A stretch of DNA of 61,370 bases, filler included. It is 7 parts of 7 records of this genome, joined end to end, with 100 filler letters (N's around TTAATTAATTAA, not from the genome) between each part and the next. Parts side by side here need not be neighbours in the genome. Positions count along the whole stretch, not along the records: positions 38,984 to 43,129 come from SRR20825010_3433; positions 43,230 to 53,679 come from SRR20825010_3447; 5 more parts are not named here. The stretch is one strand, 5' to 3'. Both the position numbers and the translations under genes were made by a program. The notes beneath the pieces are model-generated. The model was not told the origin of the DNA, ran no database searches, and worked only from the letters and a program-made list of their open reading frames with translations. The first letter of the stretch is position 1. Every line of letters begins with the position of its first letter. Shown here piece after piece: positions 40,586 to 50,152 of this stretch.

Positions 40586-40771
40586 ATGATCCGCCCGGTT
40601 CTTCTCACCGCTCTTGTTCTGAACCTTGCCTCTGCCGAGGCCTTTGCCGCGCCGACGGTGCGCATGGACACTGACAGGAGCCTGACCGCCCAGATCGACG
40701 GCTTTCACGGTGTGTCGGGCCCGGGCAAGACCGTGCAGGCAGGCTCTGCCGGAATGGGCGCGGCGCGCTGA
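40586..40771 (+). CDS. small putative secreted protein
   Basis: AAGGAAG RBS; MIRPVLLTALVLNLASAEAFA signal-like N-terminus; 61 aa. Confidence 0.5.
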   Translation: MIRPVLLTALVLNLASAEAFAAPTVRMDTDRSLTAQIDGFHGVSGPGKTVQAGSAGMGAAR

Positions 40772-40838
40772 CCGGACCGGCACACACCTCTTGTTTACCT
40801 TGACCCGCCTAGGGTGCCCCAACAGATGAGGGCATCCA

Positions 40839-42506
40839 ATGGCAACGGTCGAGACAGCGCTGGCACGGGCCAGATCACATGAACGCAAGGGAGAGGCGGC
40901 GCAGGCCAAGGCCCTGTGCCGCGATGTGCTGACGCGGTATCCGCGCAATGCGCGGGCGCGGGCCCTATTGGCGCGATTGCCAGAGGCGGCACCGTCTCAG
41001 GATCTTTTGGAAAAACTGGTTGCGGCGCACAAGTCCGGTCACTCCATGCTGGTGGCCGAACAGGTGGCACGGCTGTTGCCGATCTATCCCGACAGTTATG
41101 TGCTGTGGCAGATCCACGGCGGTGTCCTGCTGGAACTGGGCGCTTTTGCGCAGGCGGAGGAGTCGCTGGCGCGGGCGGCCAATTTGCGTCCCGATCTGGC
41201 AGAGGCGCGGGTGAACCATTCGGTGTCCCTGCGCGCCACCGGACGCGGGACCGAGGCAGAGGCGCAGGTGCGCGCGGCGCTGGATCTGGACCCGACCAAC
41301 GCGGGCGCAATGATGGAACTGGCGTCGGTGCTTGCAGATCGGGGCGATTTGCCCGGGGCCGCAGTGCTGTGTCAGGAGGTGATCGACCAGACGCCAAAGG
41401 TGGCGACCGCGCAGAACATCCTTGGCGTCGCAGCCTATGAAGAGGGGCGTTTCGCCGAAGCGCAGGCGCATTATGAGCAGGCGGTGAACATCGCGCCGCA
41501 GTTTGCCGAGGCGCATCGCAACCTGTCCGCGATCAAGCCTTGGCCCCGCGAAGACAGCCAGTTGGACCAGATGATTGCGCTGTATGATGATCCCGCCGTC
41601 GCGCCGATGGACCGGACGCGGCTGTGCTTTGGCCTGTTCGATGCTTACGACACGCTGGGGGACCGTGACCGCGCGTGGGCCTATCTGGAAGAGGGAAACG
41701 CGTTGCGCAAGGCCTTGATGGGGTACGATATATCCCAGGATCAGGCGTTGTTTCGGCGGTTGGCAGAATTGGACGCCGCGCCGTTGGAGTCGTCAGAGCC
41801 GGGTGCGGTCACGCCGATCTTTATCCTAGGGATGCCGCGCTCCGGCACCACGCTGACAGAACAGATCATCTCTGCCCATGGGCAGGTCACCGGGGCGGGG
41901 GAATTGTCGCTGCTGGCGGATATGGCACGCGGCTTTCTTGAAGGAGCACCCGTGACAGAGGCGGGATTGCAGGCGCTGCGTCGCGGCTATCTGGAGGGGC
42001 TGGCCGCGCATTCAGACGGCGCGCGCTATGTGACTGACAAGATGCCGCACAACTTCTGCTTTTTGCCGTTGATCTGTGCGGCGCTGCCAGAGGCGCGGAT
42101 TGTGCATGTGGTGCGCGATGCGCCGTCGGTGTGCTGGTCGAACCTGAAGCAGTATTTTACCGCGTCGTCCTTGGGGTACTGCTACGATCTGGAGGATGTC
42201 GTCACCTATCACGGGATGTACCGCGACTGGACCGCGCGCTGTGAGGCGGATTGGCCGGGGCGGGTGCGACGGTTGGAGTATGGGGATCTGACGGCAGATC
42301 CGGGCGGTGTGACGCGTGCGCTGATTGCGGATCTGGGTTTGGATTGGGACGCGGCCTGCCTGTCGCCGCAAAGCAATGCGCGCGTCGTCCACACCGCATC
42401 GGCAGGGCAGGTGCGGCGGCCTGTCTACCGGGCCGAAACAGAGGCGTGGGTGGCCTATGCGCCTCGGGTCAAAGAGGCTTTCGCCAGACTGCGCGTGGAT
42501 TCTTGA
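40839..42506 (+). CDS. TPR-containing sulfotransferase
   Basis: TPR-like repeats; ILGMPRSGTTLTEQII (5'-PSB loop), TDKMP, TASAGQVRRP. Confidence 0.9.
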   Translation: MATVETALARARSHERKGEAAQAKALCRDVLTRYPRNARARALLARLPEAAPSQDLLEKLVAAHKSGHSMLVAEQVARLLPIYPDSYVLWQIHGGVLLELGAFAQAEESLARAANLRPDLAEARVNHSVSLRATGRGTEAEAQVRAALDLDPTNAGAMMELASVLADRGDLPGAAVLCQEVIDQTPKVATAQNILGVAAYEEGRFAEAQAHYEQAVNIAPQFAEAHRNLSAIKPWPREDSQLDQMIALYDDPAVAPMDRTRLCFGLFDAYDTLGDRDRAWAYLEEGNALRKALMGYDISQDQALFRRLAELDAAPLESSEPGAVTPIFILGMPRSGTTLTEQIISAHGQVTGAGELSLLADMARGFLEGAPVTEAGLQALRRGYLEGLAAHSDGARYVTDKMPHNFCFLPLICAALPEARIVHVVRDAPSVCWSNLKQYFTASSLGYCYDLEDVVTYHGMYRDWTARCEADWPGRVRRLEYGDLTADPGGVTRALIADLGLDWDAACLSPQSNARVVHTASAGQVRRPVYRAETEAWVAYAPRVKEAFARLRVDS

Positions 42507-42595
42507 AGGTTGGCGTCGTTTGGCGCATTATGCCACCTGAGGGCAGCGCCTGGGCAGATGGAAAATCCGCGTCCAGGCAATGAGAGACAGGTGAG

Positions 42596-42949
42596 ATGAA
42601 ACAAGCAGTTATTCTGGCTGCCTGCCTCGGGCTTGTAGCCTGCGGCGGCGGAAACTCTTCGAAACGTGGCTATGGTGCGGCACCGCAGGTGAGGGTGTCT
42701 TCTGGTCCGATTGCCGATGCCTGCCTGCGTGCGGGTCGGTCAGGCGCGACGCGGCAGCGATGCGGTTGTATCCAGTCGGTGGCGAACAGCGATCTGACGT
42801 CGTCGGATCAACGGCTGGCGGCGACGTTTTTTGCCGATCCGCACCGGGCGCAGGAGACGCGGCAATCCGACAATCCGCGCAATGAGGCGTTCTGGAAACG
42901 CTACAAGGCGTTTGCGTCGCGTGCAGAAAGTGCTTGCCGCGCGACCTGA
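42596..42949 (+). CDS. conserved hypothetical lipoprotein
   Basis: lipobox LVAC; GPIADACL, CGCIQ, FFADPHRAQE, FWKRYK. Confidence 0.8.
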   Translation: MKQAVILAACLGLVACGGGNSSKRGYGAAPQVRVSSGPIADACLRAGRSGATRQRCGCIQSVANSDLTSSDQRLAATFFADPHRAQETRQSDNPRNEAFWKRYKAFASRAESACRAT

Positions 42950-42986
42950 GTCGGGACCAGAGACCGGGCCAAAGACCGGCGGGCGT

Positions 42987-43129
42987 TCAGTCCTGCGTGG
43001 CGTGGGCAATGATGCGGCCCACCAGACAGTCAAGACTGTCCGTCCACGAGACGTCCGGCGGCAGCAGAGGTGCGGCAAGCGACAGTTCGGTGCAGGCGAT
43101 CAGGATATGATCGGTGCGTTCCTGCAACC
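42987..43129 (-). CDS. 3' end of an aspartate/glutamate racemase family protein
   Basis: hand translation ...HILIACTELSL...WTDSLDCLV...QD-stop; ACTE motif. Confidence 0.75.
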
Positions 43130-43229
43130 NNNNNNNNNNNNNNNNNNNNNNNNNNNNNNNNNNNNNNNNNNNNTTAATTAATTAANNNNNNNNNNNNNNN
43201 NNNNNNNNNNNNNNNNNNNNNNNNNNNNN
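43130..43229. other. artificial contig linker
   Basis: N44-TTAATTAATTAA-N44. Confidence 0.99.
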
Positions 43230-43274
43230 ACTGTAGATGGTCAGACTGGTACTTTTAAAATATTGAAGAATTAA
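43230..43274 (+). CDS. last codons of a probable T9SS type A sorting domain protein
   Basis: TVDGQTGTFKILKN-stop (KxxK end) followed by a terminator. Confidence 0.5.
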   Translation, partial: TVDGQTGTFKILKN

Positions 43275-43292
43275 TTATTTTAGTTGAAGCCG

Positions 43293-43325
43293 AAAAGCCA
43301 TCCGCGAAAGTGGATGGCTTTTTTT
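43293..43325 (+). terminator. intrinsic terminator
   Basis: AAAAGCCATCCGC-GAAA-GTGGATGGC followed by T7. Confidence 0.85.
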
Positions 43326-43344
43326 ATTTAACTAACTTTGCATT

Positions 43345-44346
43345 ATGAAAATCAACTTTTCCTTTGTAATTCCAGTATACAACCGTCCTCTGGAAGTTAG
43401 AGAGCTTTTAGATAGTTTTACAAATCTTGAATTTGATGAAGATTTTGAAATAGTATTGGTAGAAGATGGTTCTACTATAAAATCTGAAACGATAGTCAAT
43501 GAATATAGTAATAGACTTTCAATATCATATTATTTTAAAGAAAATTCAGGCCCTGGAGATTCACGTAATTATGGAATGAAACGTGCAAAAGGAGATTATT
43601 TTATAATTCTGGATTCAGATTGTATACTACCAACACATTATTTAAAAACAGTAAATTCATTTTTAAGAAATACATTTTATCACTGTTTTGGCGGTGCAGA
43701 CGCCGCTCATGCTAGTTTTACGCCTTTGCAAAAAGCCATTAACTATACTATGACCTCATTTTTTACTACCGGTGGAATTCGAGGAAATAAAAATAGCATA
43801 AATCGGTTTGAGCCCAGAAGTTTTAATATGGGTATTTCAAAAGAAGTATTTGAAAAAACTTCAGGCTTTGCTAAAATCCACCCCGGGGAAGACCCTGATC
43901 TTTCACAACGAATTTTAAAAGAAGGATATAAAACAACTTTTTTACCAAATGCTTTTGTGTATCATAAAAGACGAATTTCATGGGAAAAATTTTACATTCA
44001 AGTTAAAAAATTTGGTCTTGTTAGACCAATTTTAAACAAATGGCATCCTACATCTTCAAAAATAACCTATTGGTTTCCAACACTATTTGTTTTTTTTACT
44101 TTAACATCTATTTTTTTCTATTTTCTACTAACTCCCATGGCGTTGGTGCCGCTTTTGTTTTATTTAGGGTTGGTGTTTGTAGACGCTACTATTAAAAACA
44201 AAAGTGTTTATATTGGATTGCTTTCAATAGCGGCGGTTTTTGTACAGTTTTTTGGTTACGGTCTGGCTTTTCTAAAATCTAGTTATTATATCGCTCTTTT
44301 AAAGAAAGATCCACAGAAACAATTTCCCTCCTTATTTTTTAGTTAA
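43345..44346 (+). CDS. glycosyltransferase family 2
   Basis: VIPVYNR, EDGS, SRNYG, LDSD, GEDPD. Confidence 0.92.
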   Translation: MKINFSFVIPVYNRPLEVRELLDSFTNLEFDEDFEIVLVEDGSTIKSETIVNEYSNRLSISYYFKENSGPGDSRNYGMKRAKGDYFIILDSDCILPTHYLKTVNSFLRNTFYHCFGGADAAHASFTPLQKAINYTMTSFFTTGGIRGNKNSINRFEPRSFNMGISKEVFEKTSGFAKIHPGEDPDLSQRILKEGYKTTFLPNAFVYHKRRISWEKFYIQVKKFGLVRPILNKWHPTSSKITYWFPTLFVFFTLTSIFFYFLLTPMALVPLLFYLGLVFVDATIKNKSVYIGLLSIAAVFVQFFGYGLAFLKSSYYIALLKKDPQKQFPSLFFS

Positions 44347-44368
44347 TTTTATTGACTTTCAAACAAAA

Positions 44369-45322
44369 ATGATGAAGAAGGACTTTTTCAAAAATATTAA
44401 AAATACAAAAGTAAAACGATTTTTACTTTTCCTGTTTTTGGCTACTATATTTTGGGTTTTAACTAAATTTAGTAGGGAATTTACCGCTACCATGGTAGCA
44501 AAAATTGAATATGAAAATATTCCTGAATCTGCAGCCCTTTCCATAAATAACGAAAATGAAATTACATTTGATCTTACCGCAAATGGGTTTGAAATACTTT
44601 TTTATAAATTTAAAAAACCAAAAGTTTCTTTAGAGGTGAGTCAATATTATACTGAAGAAAAAGGTGGCTTTACAATTAGCAAAAACGAATTAATGCGTTT
44701 AGTTTCCTCTAGTTTTAATAGAAACCTGGCTATAAAAAATCTTTCAATTGATGAATTGAATGTAAAGTTAGACCCAATTGTGTTAAAAAAAGTGCGTGTA
44801 ATTGCAAAAACCGATATTACATTTAAAGACGGATTTAAGCCTGAAGACAGTATACAAATAAAACCTGATTCAGTATTAATTTCAGGGCCCTCGGGAAGCT
44901 TAAAAAACATTACAACTATTGAAACTGAACTTATTTCCTTTAGAAATGTTGAGAAAAATATTTCTAAAGAAATAAATGTTTCGAACGTTGGTAACGGAAT
45001 TGTTTCTGTAGCCCCAAAAAAAGTGGCCGTACATTTGACTGTGGCGGAGTTTTCACAAGAACAATTTATTTTACCGGTTGAGGTTATAAACTTACCGCCA
45101 AATATTGACATTAAACTGGTGCCGCAGTCTGTTTCTATTTCTTTTGATGTTTCTGTAAAAGACTTCACAGAAATTTCAAGCGAAAGCTTTAGATTGGTTT
45201 GTGATTATTCACAAAGAAATCAAGAAGATAATTTTATGCTTCCGTTATTAGAAAAGAAACCCGAACACATCAGAAATGTGGTTTTTGAACCTAAAAAAAT
45301 TGATTTCTTTATATTCAAATAA
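44369..45322 (+). CDS. YbbR/CdaR-like domain protein
   Basis: N-terminal TM (FLFLATIFWVLTKFS), beta-rich body with PDSVLISGP; between GT2 and coaE. Confidence 0.75.
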   Translation: MMKKDFFKNIKNTKVKRFLLFLFLATIFWVLTKFSREFTATMVAKIEYENIPESAALSINNENEITFDLTANGFEILFYKFKKPKVSLEVSQYYTEEKGGFTISKNELMRLVSSSFNRNLAIKNLSIDELNVKLDPIVLKKVRVIAKTDITFKDGFKPEDSIQIKPDSVLISGPSGSLKNITTIETELISFRNVEKNISKEINVSNVGNGIVSVAPKKVAVHLTVAEFSQEQFILPVEVINLPPNIDIKLVPQSVSISFDVSVKDFTEISSESFRLVCDYSQRNQEDNFMLPLLEKKPEHIRNVVFEPKKIDFFIFK

Positions 45323-45349
45323 TAATTCAATCTTCAATAAAAAATTAGT

Positions 45350-45937
45350 GTGAAAATAATTGGACTTACAGGAGGAATTGGTAGTGGAAAAACTACTGTT
45401 GCTAAAATGTTTTCTCAGTTGGGAGTGCCGGTTTATATTGCTGATGAAGAAGCTAAAAAACTAATGGCCTCTTCAACCGAAATTCGCAATGAATTAATTA
45501 CACTTCTAGGTGAAGAAACTTATGTGGAAAATGTGATAAATAGAAAGTTTATAGCTTCAAAAATATTCAATGATAAAGCACTTTTAGAGGCTGTAAATGC
45601 TATTATTCACCCAAGAGTTGCTGCACATTTTAAGAAGTGGGCTTCGAAGCAAAAAAGTAAATATGTTATTAAAGAAGCTGCCATACTCTTCGAAAATGGT
45701 AGTTATAAAAATTGTGATATGGTGCTATTGGTTACAGCTCCTAAAGATGTTCGTCTTGCTCGCGTTACAGCAAGAGATAAAACTTCGGAAAAAGAAATTG
45801 AAGCACGGATGAACAATCAATGGCCTGATGCGGAAAAGCGCAAATTAGCAGATTTGGTTATTGAAAACGTAGATTTAGATGAAACCAGAGCTACGGTTAA
45901 GTTTATTGATCGTACCCTTAAAATTGAAGCTAATTAA
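45350..45937 (+). CDS. coaE: dephospho-CoA kinase
   Basis: GLTGGIGSGKT, IIHPRV, EAAILFE. Confidence 0.95.
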   Translation: MKIIGLTGGIGSGKTTVAKMFSQLGVPVYIADEEAKKLMASSTEIRNELITLLGEETYVENVINRKFIASKIFNDKALLEAVNAIIHPRVAAHFKKWASKQKSKYVIKEAAILFENGSYKNCDMVLLVTAPKDVRLARVTARDKTSEKEIEARMNNQWPDAEKRKLADLVIENVDLDETRATVKFIDRTLKIEAN

Positions 45938-46009
45938 ATGTAGGTATTTGTTTGTTAACATTTGGTTAAATGAACGAGTAGCTAAATGTTAAAATATTAC
46001 TTTTGAGGT

Positions 46010-47569
46010 ATGAACAAAAAGCTTTTCGTATTGCTTATAGCGCTCATGAGCCTCTCATTATTGGGAATAGTATTTGTTCAGGGGTACTGGATTTCAAACG
46101 CATACAGAACCAAGGCAGATCAATTTACTATTAACGCAAAACAGGTGCTTTTATCCGTTTCAAAGGAGATTAAGTTGCGTGAAATAAATAAATACTACCA
46201 ACTTTACGTTCCTTATGTAGATAGCATTCAAGTGCCAGATAATGTGAGTTTTACGGAGTTGGCCTATAGAATTCAAAATAAAGCTACAAACGAAACGTAT
46301 TTCTTTACAGATGGTATTTTAGAACAAGATTATAAATTATCTGCTGGCCTTTTTGATACGGAGAATGATAGTATTCAGTTTAAAAAACTAACAAATAGAA
46401 AAACCAAAACAAAAGTATCTGAAGGCATTGATGGAATAACCACAACAGAAACTAGAGTAGAGTCTTTTTCTAGAATGAAAGATTATGAGCAAAATCAGTT
46501 TGAAAGTTTTGTAAGTAACATAACAGCCCTTACACCAATATATAAAAGAGTAAGTGCTTCTGAAATTTCTGATTTGATAGCTAGAGAAATTAAAGAAAGA
46601 GGGTTAAATTCAAAATTCGAATTCGCTATTTATAGTAATAATATGGAAACGAAAGTTCGTTCCAAGAAATTTAAATACAATGCTGAAAGTACCTATATGG
46701 TTCCTCTTTTTGGAAATGAAAATGAAATTGGGTATGAGCTTCATGTAAATTTTTCAGAAAAAGAAAAATTTGTATTAAACAGTATCTTAGGAATGGCAAT
46801 ACTTTCGTTGGTTTTTACAAGTGTTATTATCCTTGCATATTCTAGTGCTATTTCACAAATATACAAACAACGTCAAATTTCACAAATTAAGAGTGATTTC
46901 ATAAACAATATGACTCACGAATTTAAAACACCAATAGCAACTATCAATCTTGCTTTAGACTCCTTGAAAAATCCAAAAGTAAAAGACAACCAGGAGTTTT
47001 TAACGAGATATTTGGGAATGATTAGAGATGAAAATAAACGTATGCACGCCCAAGTGGAAAACGTATTAAGAATCTCTAAACTTGAAAAAAATGAGCTGGA
47101 TTTACCAAAAGAGCGTGTTAGTTTGCATGAAATTGTTGAAGATTCTATATCACATGTCAGTTTAATTGTTGAAGATAGAGGAGGTTATATAAACACACAT
47201 TTTGGAGCTCTCAAGTCGACCGTTTTAGCTAATGAGTCACACCTTGGAAATGTAATTGTCAACTTATTAGACAATGCAGTAAAATATACTGAAGGCGAGC
47301 CGAAAATTGATATTTATTCAGAAAACGTAAAGAATAGTGTTATTTTAAAAATACGCGATCAGGGAATTGGAATGAGCAAACCTGTTCAGAAAAAAATATT
47401 TGATAAGTTTTACCGAGAACATACCGGCGATATACACAACGTAAAAGGTCACGGACTTGGATTGGCTTATGTTAAGCAGATTTTAGCAGACCACGACGCC
47501 CAAATATACGTGGAAAGCGAAAAAGGAAAGGGCAGTACTTTTATACTAAAATTACACTTAATATCTTAA
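46010..47569 (+). CDS. sensor histidine kinase (RprX-like)
   Basis: 2 TM; NMTHEFKTP, NLLDNAVKY, DQGIG, KGHGLGL. Confidence 0.92.
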   Translation: MNKKLFVLLIALMSLSLLGIVFVQGYWISNAYRTKADQFTINAKQVLLSVSKEIKLREINKYYQLYVPYVDSIQVPDNVSFTELAYRIQNKATNETYFFTDGILEQDYKLSAGLFDTENDSIQFKKLTNRKTKTKVSEGIDGITTTETRVESFSRMKDYEQNQFESFVSNITALTPIYKRVSASEISDLIAREIKERGLNSKFEFAIYSNNMETKVRSKKFKYNAESTYMVPLFGNENEIGYELHVNFSEKEKFVLNSILGMAILSLVFTSVIILAYSSAISQIYKQRQISQIKSDFINNMTHEFKTPIATINLALDSLKNPKVKDNQEFLTRYLGMIRDENKRMHAQVENVLRISKLEKNELDLPKERVSLHEIVEDSISHVSLIVEDRGGYINTHFGALKSTVLANESHLGNVIVNLLDNAVKYTEGEPKIDIYSENVKNSVILKIRDQGIGMSKPVQKKIFDKFYREHTGDIHNVKGHGLGLAYVKQILADHDAQIYVESEKGKGSTFILKLHLIS

Positions 47570-47574
47570 AAATT

Positions 47575-48291
47575 ATGGAAACAGAAAACAAAAAAATCCT
47601 TCTTGTTGAAGACGATCCGAATTTCGGAACAGTATTAAAAGATTACCTAGCCATGAACGATTATAACGTGACTCACGCGAAAAATGGAATGGAAGGTTTT
47701 GAAAAATTTAAAAAAGATGATTTTGATCTTTGTATCCTCGATGTAATGATGCCATATAAAGACGGTTTTACATTGGCCAAAGAGATTAGAGAAAAAAATG
47801 AAGATGTGCCAATTATTTTCTTAACTGCCAAAGCAATGAAAGAAGATGTGCTTAAAGGCTATAAAGTTGGTGCTGATGATTACTTGAATAAACCCTTTGA
47901 TAGTGAAGTGCTTTTAATGAAAATTAAAGCTATTATTCAACGTAAAGCTACAGATTCAATTGCAGATAGTAAACAATTTGAATTTCAAGTTGGTAATTTT
48001 CATTTGAATTCTAAATTGCGCTTCTTAACCTATAACAAAGAGACTCCAATAAAACTTTCTCCAAAAGAAAACGAATTGTTACGTCTTTTAGCGCTTCATA
48101 AAAATGACCTGATGCCACGTGAATTGGCACTTACCAAAATTTGGAGAGACGACAATTATTTTACTTCTAGAAGTATGGATGTTTATATAGCAAAACTTCG
48201 TAAATACTTAAGTAAGGATGATGGTGTTGAAATAATCAATATTCACGGAGAAGGCTTCCGTTTGGTAGTGAAAGATGAAGTTGATAATTAA
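47575..48291 (+). CDS. OmpR-family response regulator (RprY-like)
   Basis: LVEDD, LDVMMP, FLTAK, SRSMDVYIAKLRK, IHGEGF. Confidence 0.92.
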   Translation: METENKKILLVEDDPNFGTVLKDYLAMNDYNVTHAKNGMEGFEKFKKDDFDLCILDVMMPYKDGFTLAKEIREKNEDVPIIFLTAKAMKEDVLKGYKVGADDYLNKPFDSEVLLMKIKAIIQRKATDSIADSKQFEFQVGNFHLNSKLRFLTYNKETPIKLSPKENELLRLLALHKNDLMPRELALTKIWRDDNYFTSRSMDVYIAKLRKYLSKDDGVEIINIHGEGFRLVVKDEVDN

Positions 48292-48316
48292 TTTTTATCA
48301 AAATTAAGATATGTGT

Positions 48317-48345
48317 AAAAAAACGCCTCTAAAGGGCGTTTTTTT
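48317..48345. terminator. bidirectional terminator overlapping the miaA stop
   Basis: AAAAAAACGCC-TCTAAAG-GGCGTTTTTTT between convergent genes. Confidence 0.75.
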
Positions 48346-49252
48346 CTTTTATAAAATTGAATATTGTCCCGGCATCTGTTTTGTAATCAAACCAATGTAT
48401 TGCTTCATTTTTTTTAAACCAAGTGTTTTGTCTTTTGGCAAACCTTCGCGTATTTTTTTTGATTTCAGAAATGGCTTCTTCTTGAGTAAGATTTCCATCA
48501 AAATATTCAAACAATTCACGATAGCCTACAGTTTGTAACGCATTTTTTTCTTTATGAGGATATAAAGATTTTGCTTCTTCAATCAAACCATCATTAATCA
48601 TTGCATCTACACGTTGGTTTATGCGTTCATAGATTAATTTTCTTTCTGCGGTGAGACCAATGAAGATAGTTTCAAAATCTCTTACTGCTTTTTCTTGTTG
48701 TAGAAATGAAGAGTAGGGCTTACCTGTTTCACGATAAATCTCTAAAGCACGAATAACTCTATGCGGATTATAAACATCAACTTTTTCAAAATAGTTAGGA
48801 TCTGCTGTTTTTAGCTCGTTTTGAAGAAATTCAATACCTTTTTCATTTAGGTCTTTATTCAAAAGCAGTCTTGTTTCAGAAGTTGTTTCTGGAAATTTAT
48901 CTAAGCCTTTTACAACAGCATCAATGTATAGCCCTGAACCACCAACCATAATTGCTACAGGGTTTTTATTGAAAAAATGCTTTAAAAATTGGGTGGCGTC
49001 TCTTTCAAAATCTCCAACAGAATACGCTTCAAAAATGCTAATATTTTGAATAAAATGATGCGGAGCTTCAGCTAGTTCTTCCGAAGAAGGGACTGCGGTT
49101 CCAATGGTCATTTCTTTAAAAAATTGTCTTGAATCTGCCGAAATTATTTCCGTAGAAAAAGCTTTGGCTAGTTTAATTGATAATGCAGTTTTACCAATTG
49201 CGGTAGGTCCAACTATACAAATTAGAGTGGGTTTGATATTTAAAGGCATCAA
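48329..49252 (-). CDS. miaA: tRNA dimethylallyltransferase
   Basis: GPTAIGKT, SADSRQ, VGGSGLY, RALE, TRRFAKRQ. Confidence 0.95.
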   Translation of the reverse strand: MMPLNIKPTLICIVGPTAIGKTALSIKLAKAFSTEIISADSRQFFKEMTIGTAVPSSEELAEAPHHFIQNISIFEAYSVGDFERDATQFLKHFFNKNPVAIMVGGSGLYIDAVVKGLDKFPETTSETRLLLNKDLNEKGIEFLQNELKTADPNYFEKVDVYNPHRVIRALEIYRETGKPYSSFLQQEKAVRDFETIFIGLTAERKLIYERINQRVDAMINDGLIEEAKSLYPHKEKNALQTVGYRELFEYFDGNLTQEEAISEIKKNTRRFAKRQNTWFKKNEAIHWFDYKTDAGTIFNFIKEKNAL

Positions 49253-50115
49253 ATAAGTGGGTTTTCATCTGGATGAAGATCTTCACCACATTTATGACAA
49301 AAATTTGCATCATCTCTATGCTTTGGTGAGCCACAGTTTCTACATGCTTGGGTATTTACATGCACGTAATCTTTTCCTAAAATGTCTTGTTTTCCCATGG
49401 TTTTAGTGTATTCAGCACTTACAATACCTGTAGGAACCGCAATAATGCCATAACCCATAATCATAATAAGTGCAGCAAGAAATTGACCTAGTGGCGTGAT
49501 GGGAGCAATATCCCCAAAACCAACAGTTGTAAGAGTTACTATACACCAATAAACACTTACAGGAATGCTAACAAAACCACTTGCTTCCCCTTCAATTAGG
49601 TACATTAGTGTCCCTGCAATAATTGAAATGATTAAAACTGCAAATAGAAAAACCAAAATTTTTGCCCGGCTATCTTTTAAAGCTTTAACAAGTTTGTTTG
49701 ATTCTCCAACATAACGCGTAATTTTTAAAATCCTGAAAACTCTAAGCAAACGTAATGCTCTTACTGCCAAAAGATAATGACTTCCAGCCAAAATCATCGA
49801 TAAATAAAGAGGTATGGTTGATAAAAAATCAATGATACCGTAAAAACTAAATATATAAGCTCTTGGTTTTTTTACGGTAATTATTCGTGCAATATATTCT
49901 ATAGTGAAGAAAATGGTGATGATCCATTCACTTATATTTAAAAAGTAATGATACTTTACGTCAACTCCTTTTATGCTCTCCAGCATAACAAGCACTACGC
50001 TTAATAGTATCAAGAACAGCAATACAACGTCAAAAAGCTTCCCCATTGGGGTATCTGCTTCATAGATAATTTCATGTAGCTTATAACGCCAGGATTTTTT
50101 ATTGGATGGTTTCAA
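49249..50115 (-). CDS. voltage-gated potassium channel-type ion transporter
   Basis: S4 RALRLLRVFRILK, filter TTVGFGD, C-terminal CxxC...CxxC. Confidence 0.9.
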   Translation of the reverse strand: MKPSNKKSWRYKLHEIIYEADTPMGKLFDVVLLFLILLSVVLVMLESIKGVDVKYHYFLNISEWIITIFFTIEYIARIITVKKPRAYIFSFYGIIDFLSTIPLYLSMILAGSHYLLAVRALRLLRVFRILKITRYVGESNKLVKALKDSRAKILVFLFAVLIISIIAGTLMYLIEGEASGFVSIPVSVYWCIVTLTTVGFGDIAPITPLGQFLAALIMIMGYGIIAVPTGIVSAEYTKTMGKQDILGKDYVHVNTQACRNCGSPKHRDDANFCHKCGEDLHPDENPLI

Positions 50116-50152
50116 GTTTAAGGATTTAAAAGTCTAAAATAAACAACTTTAA

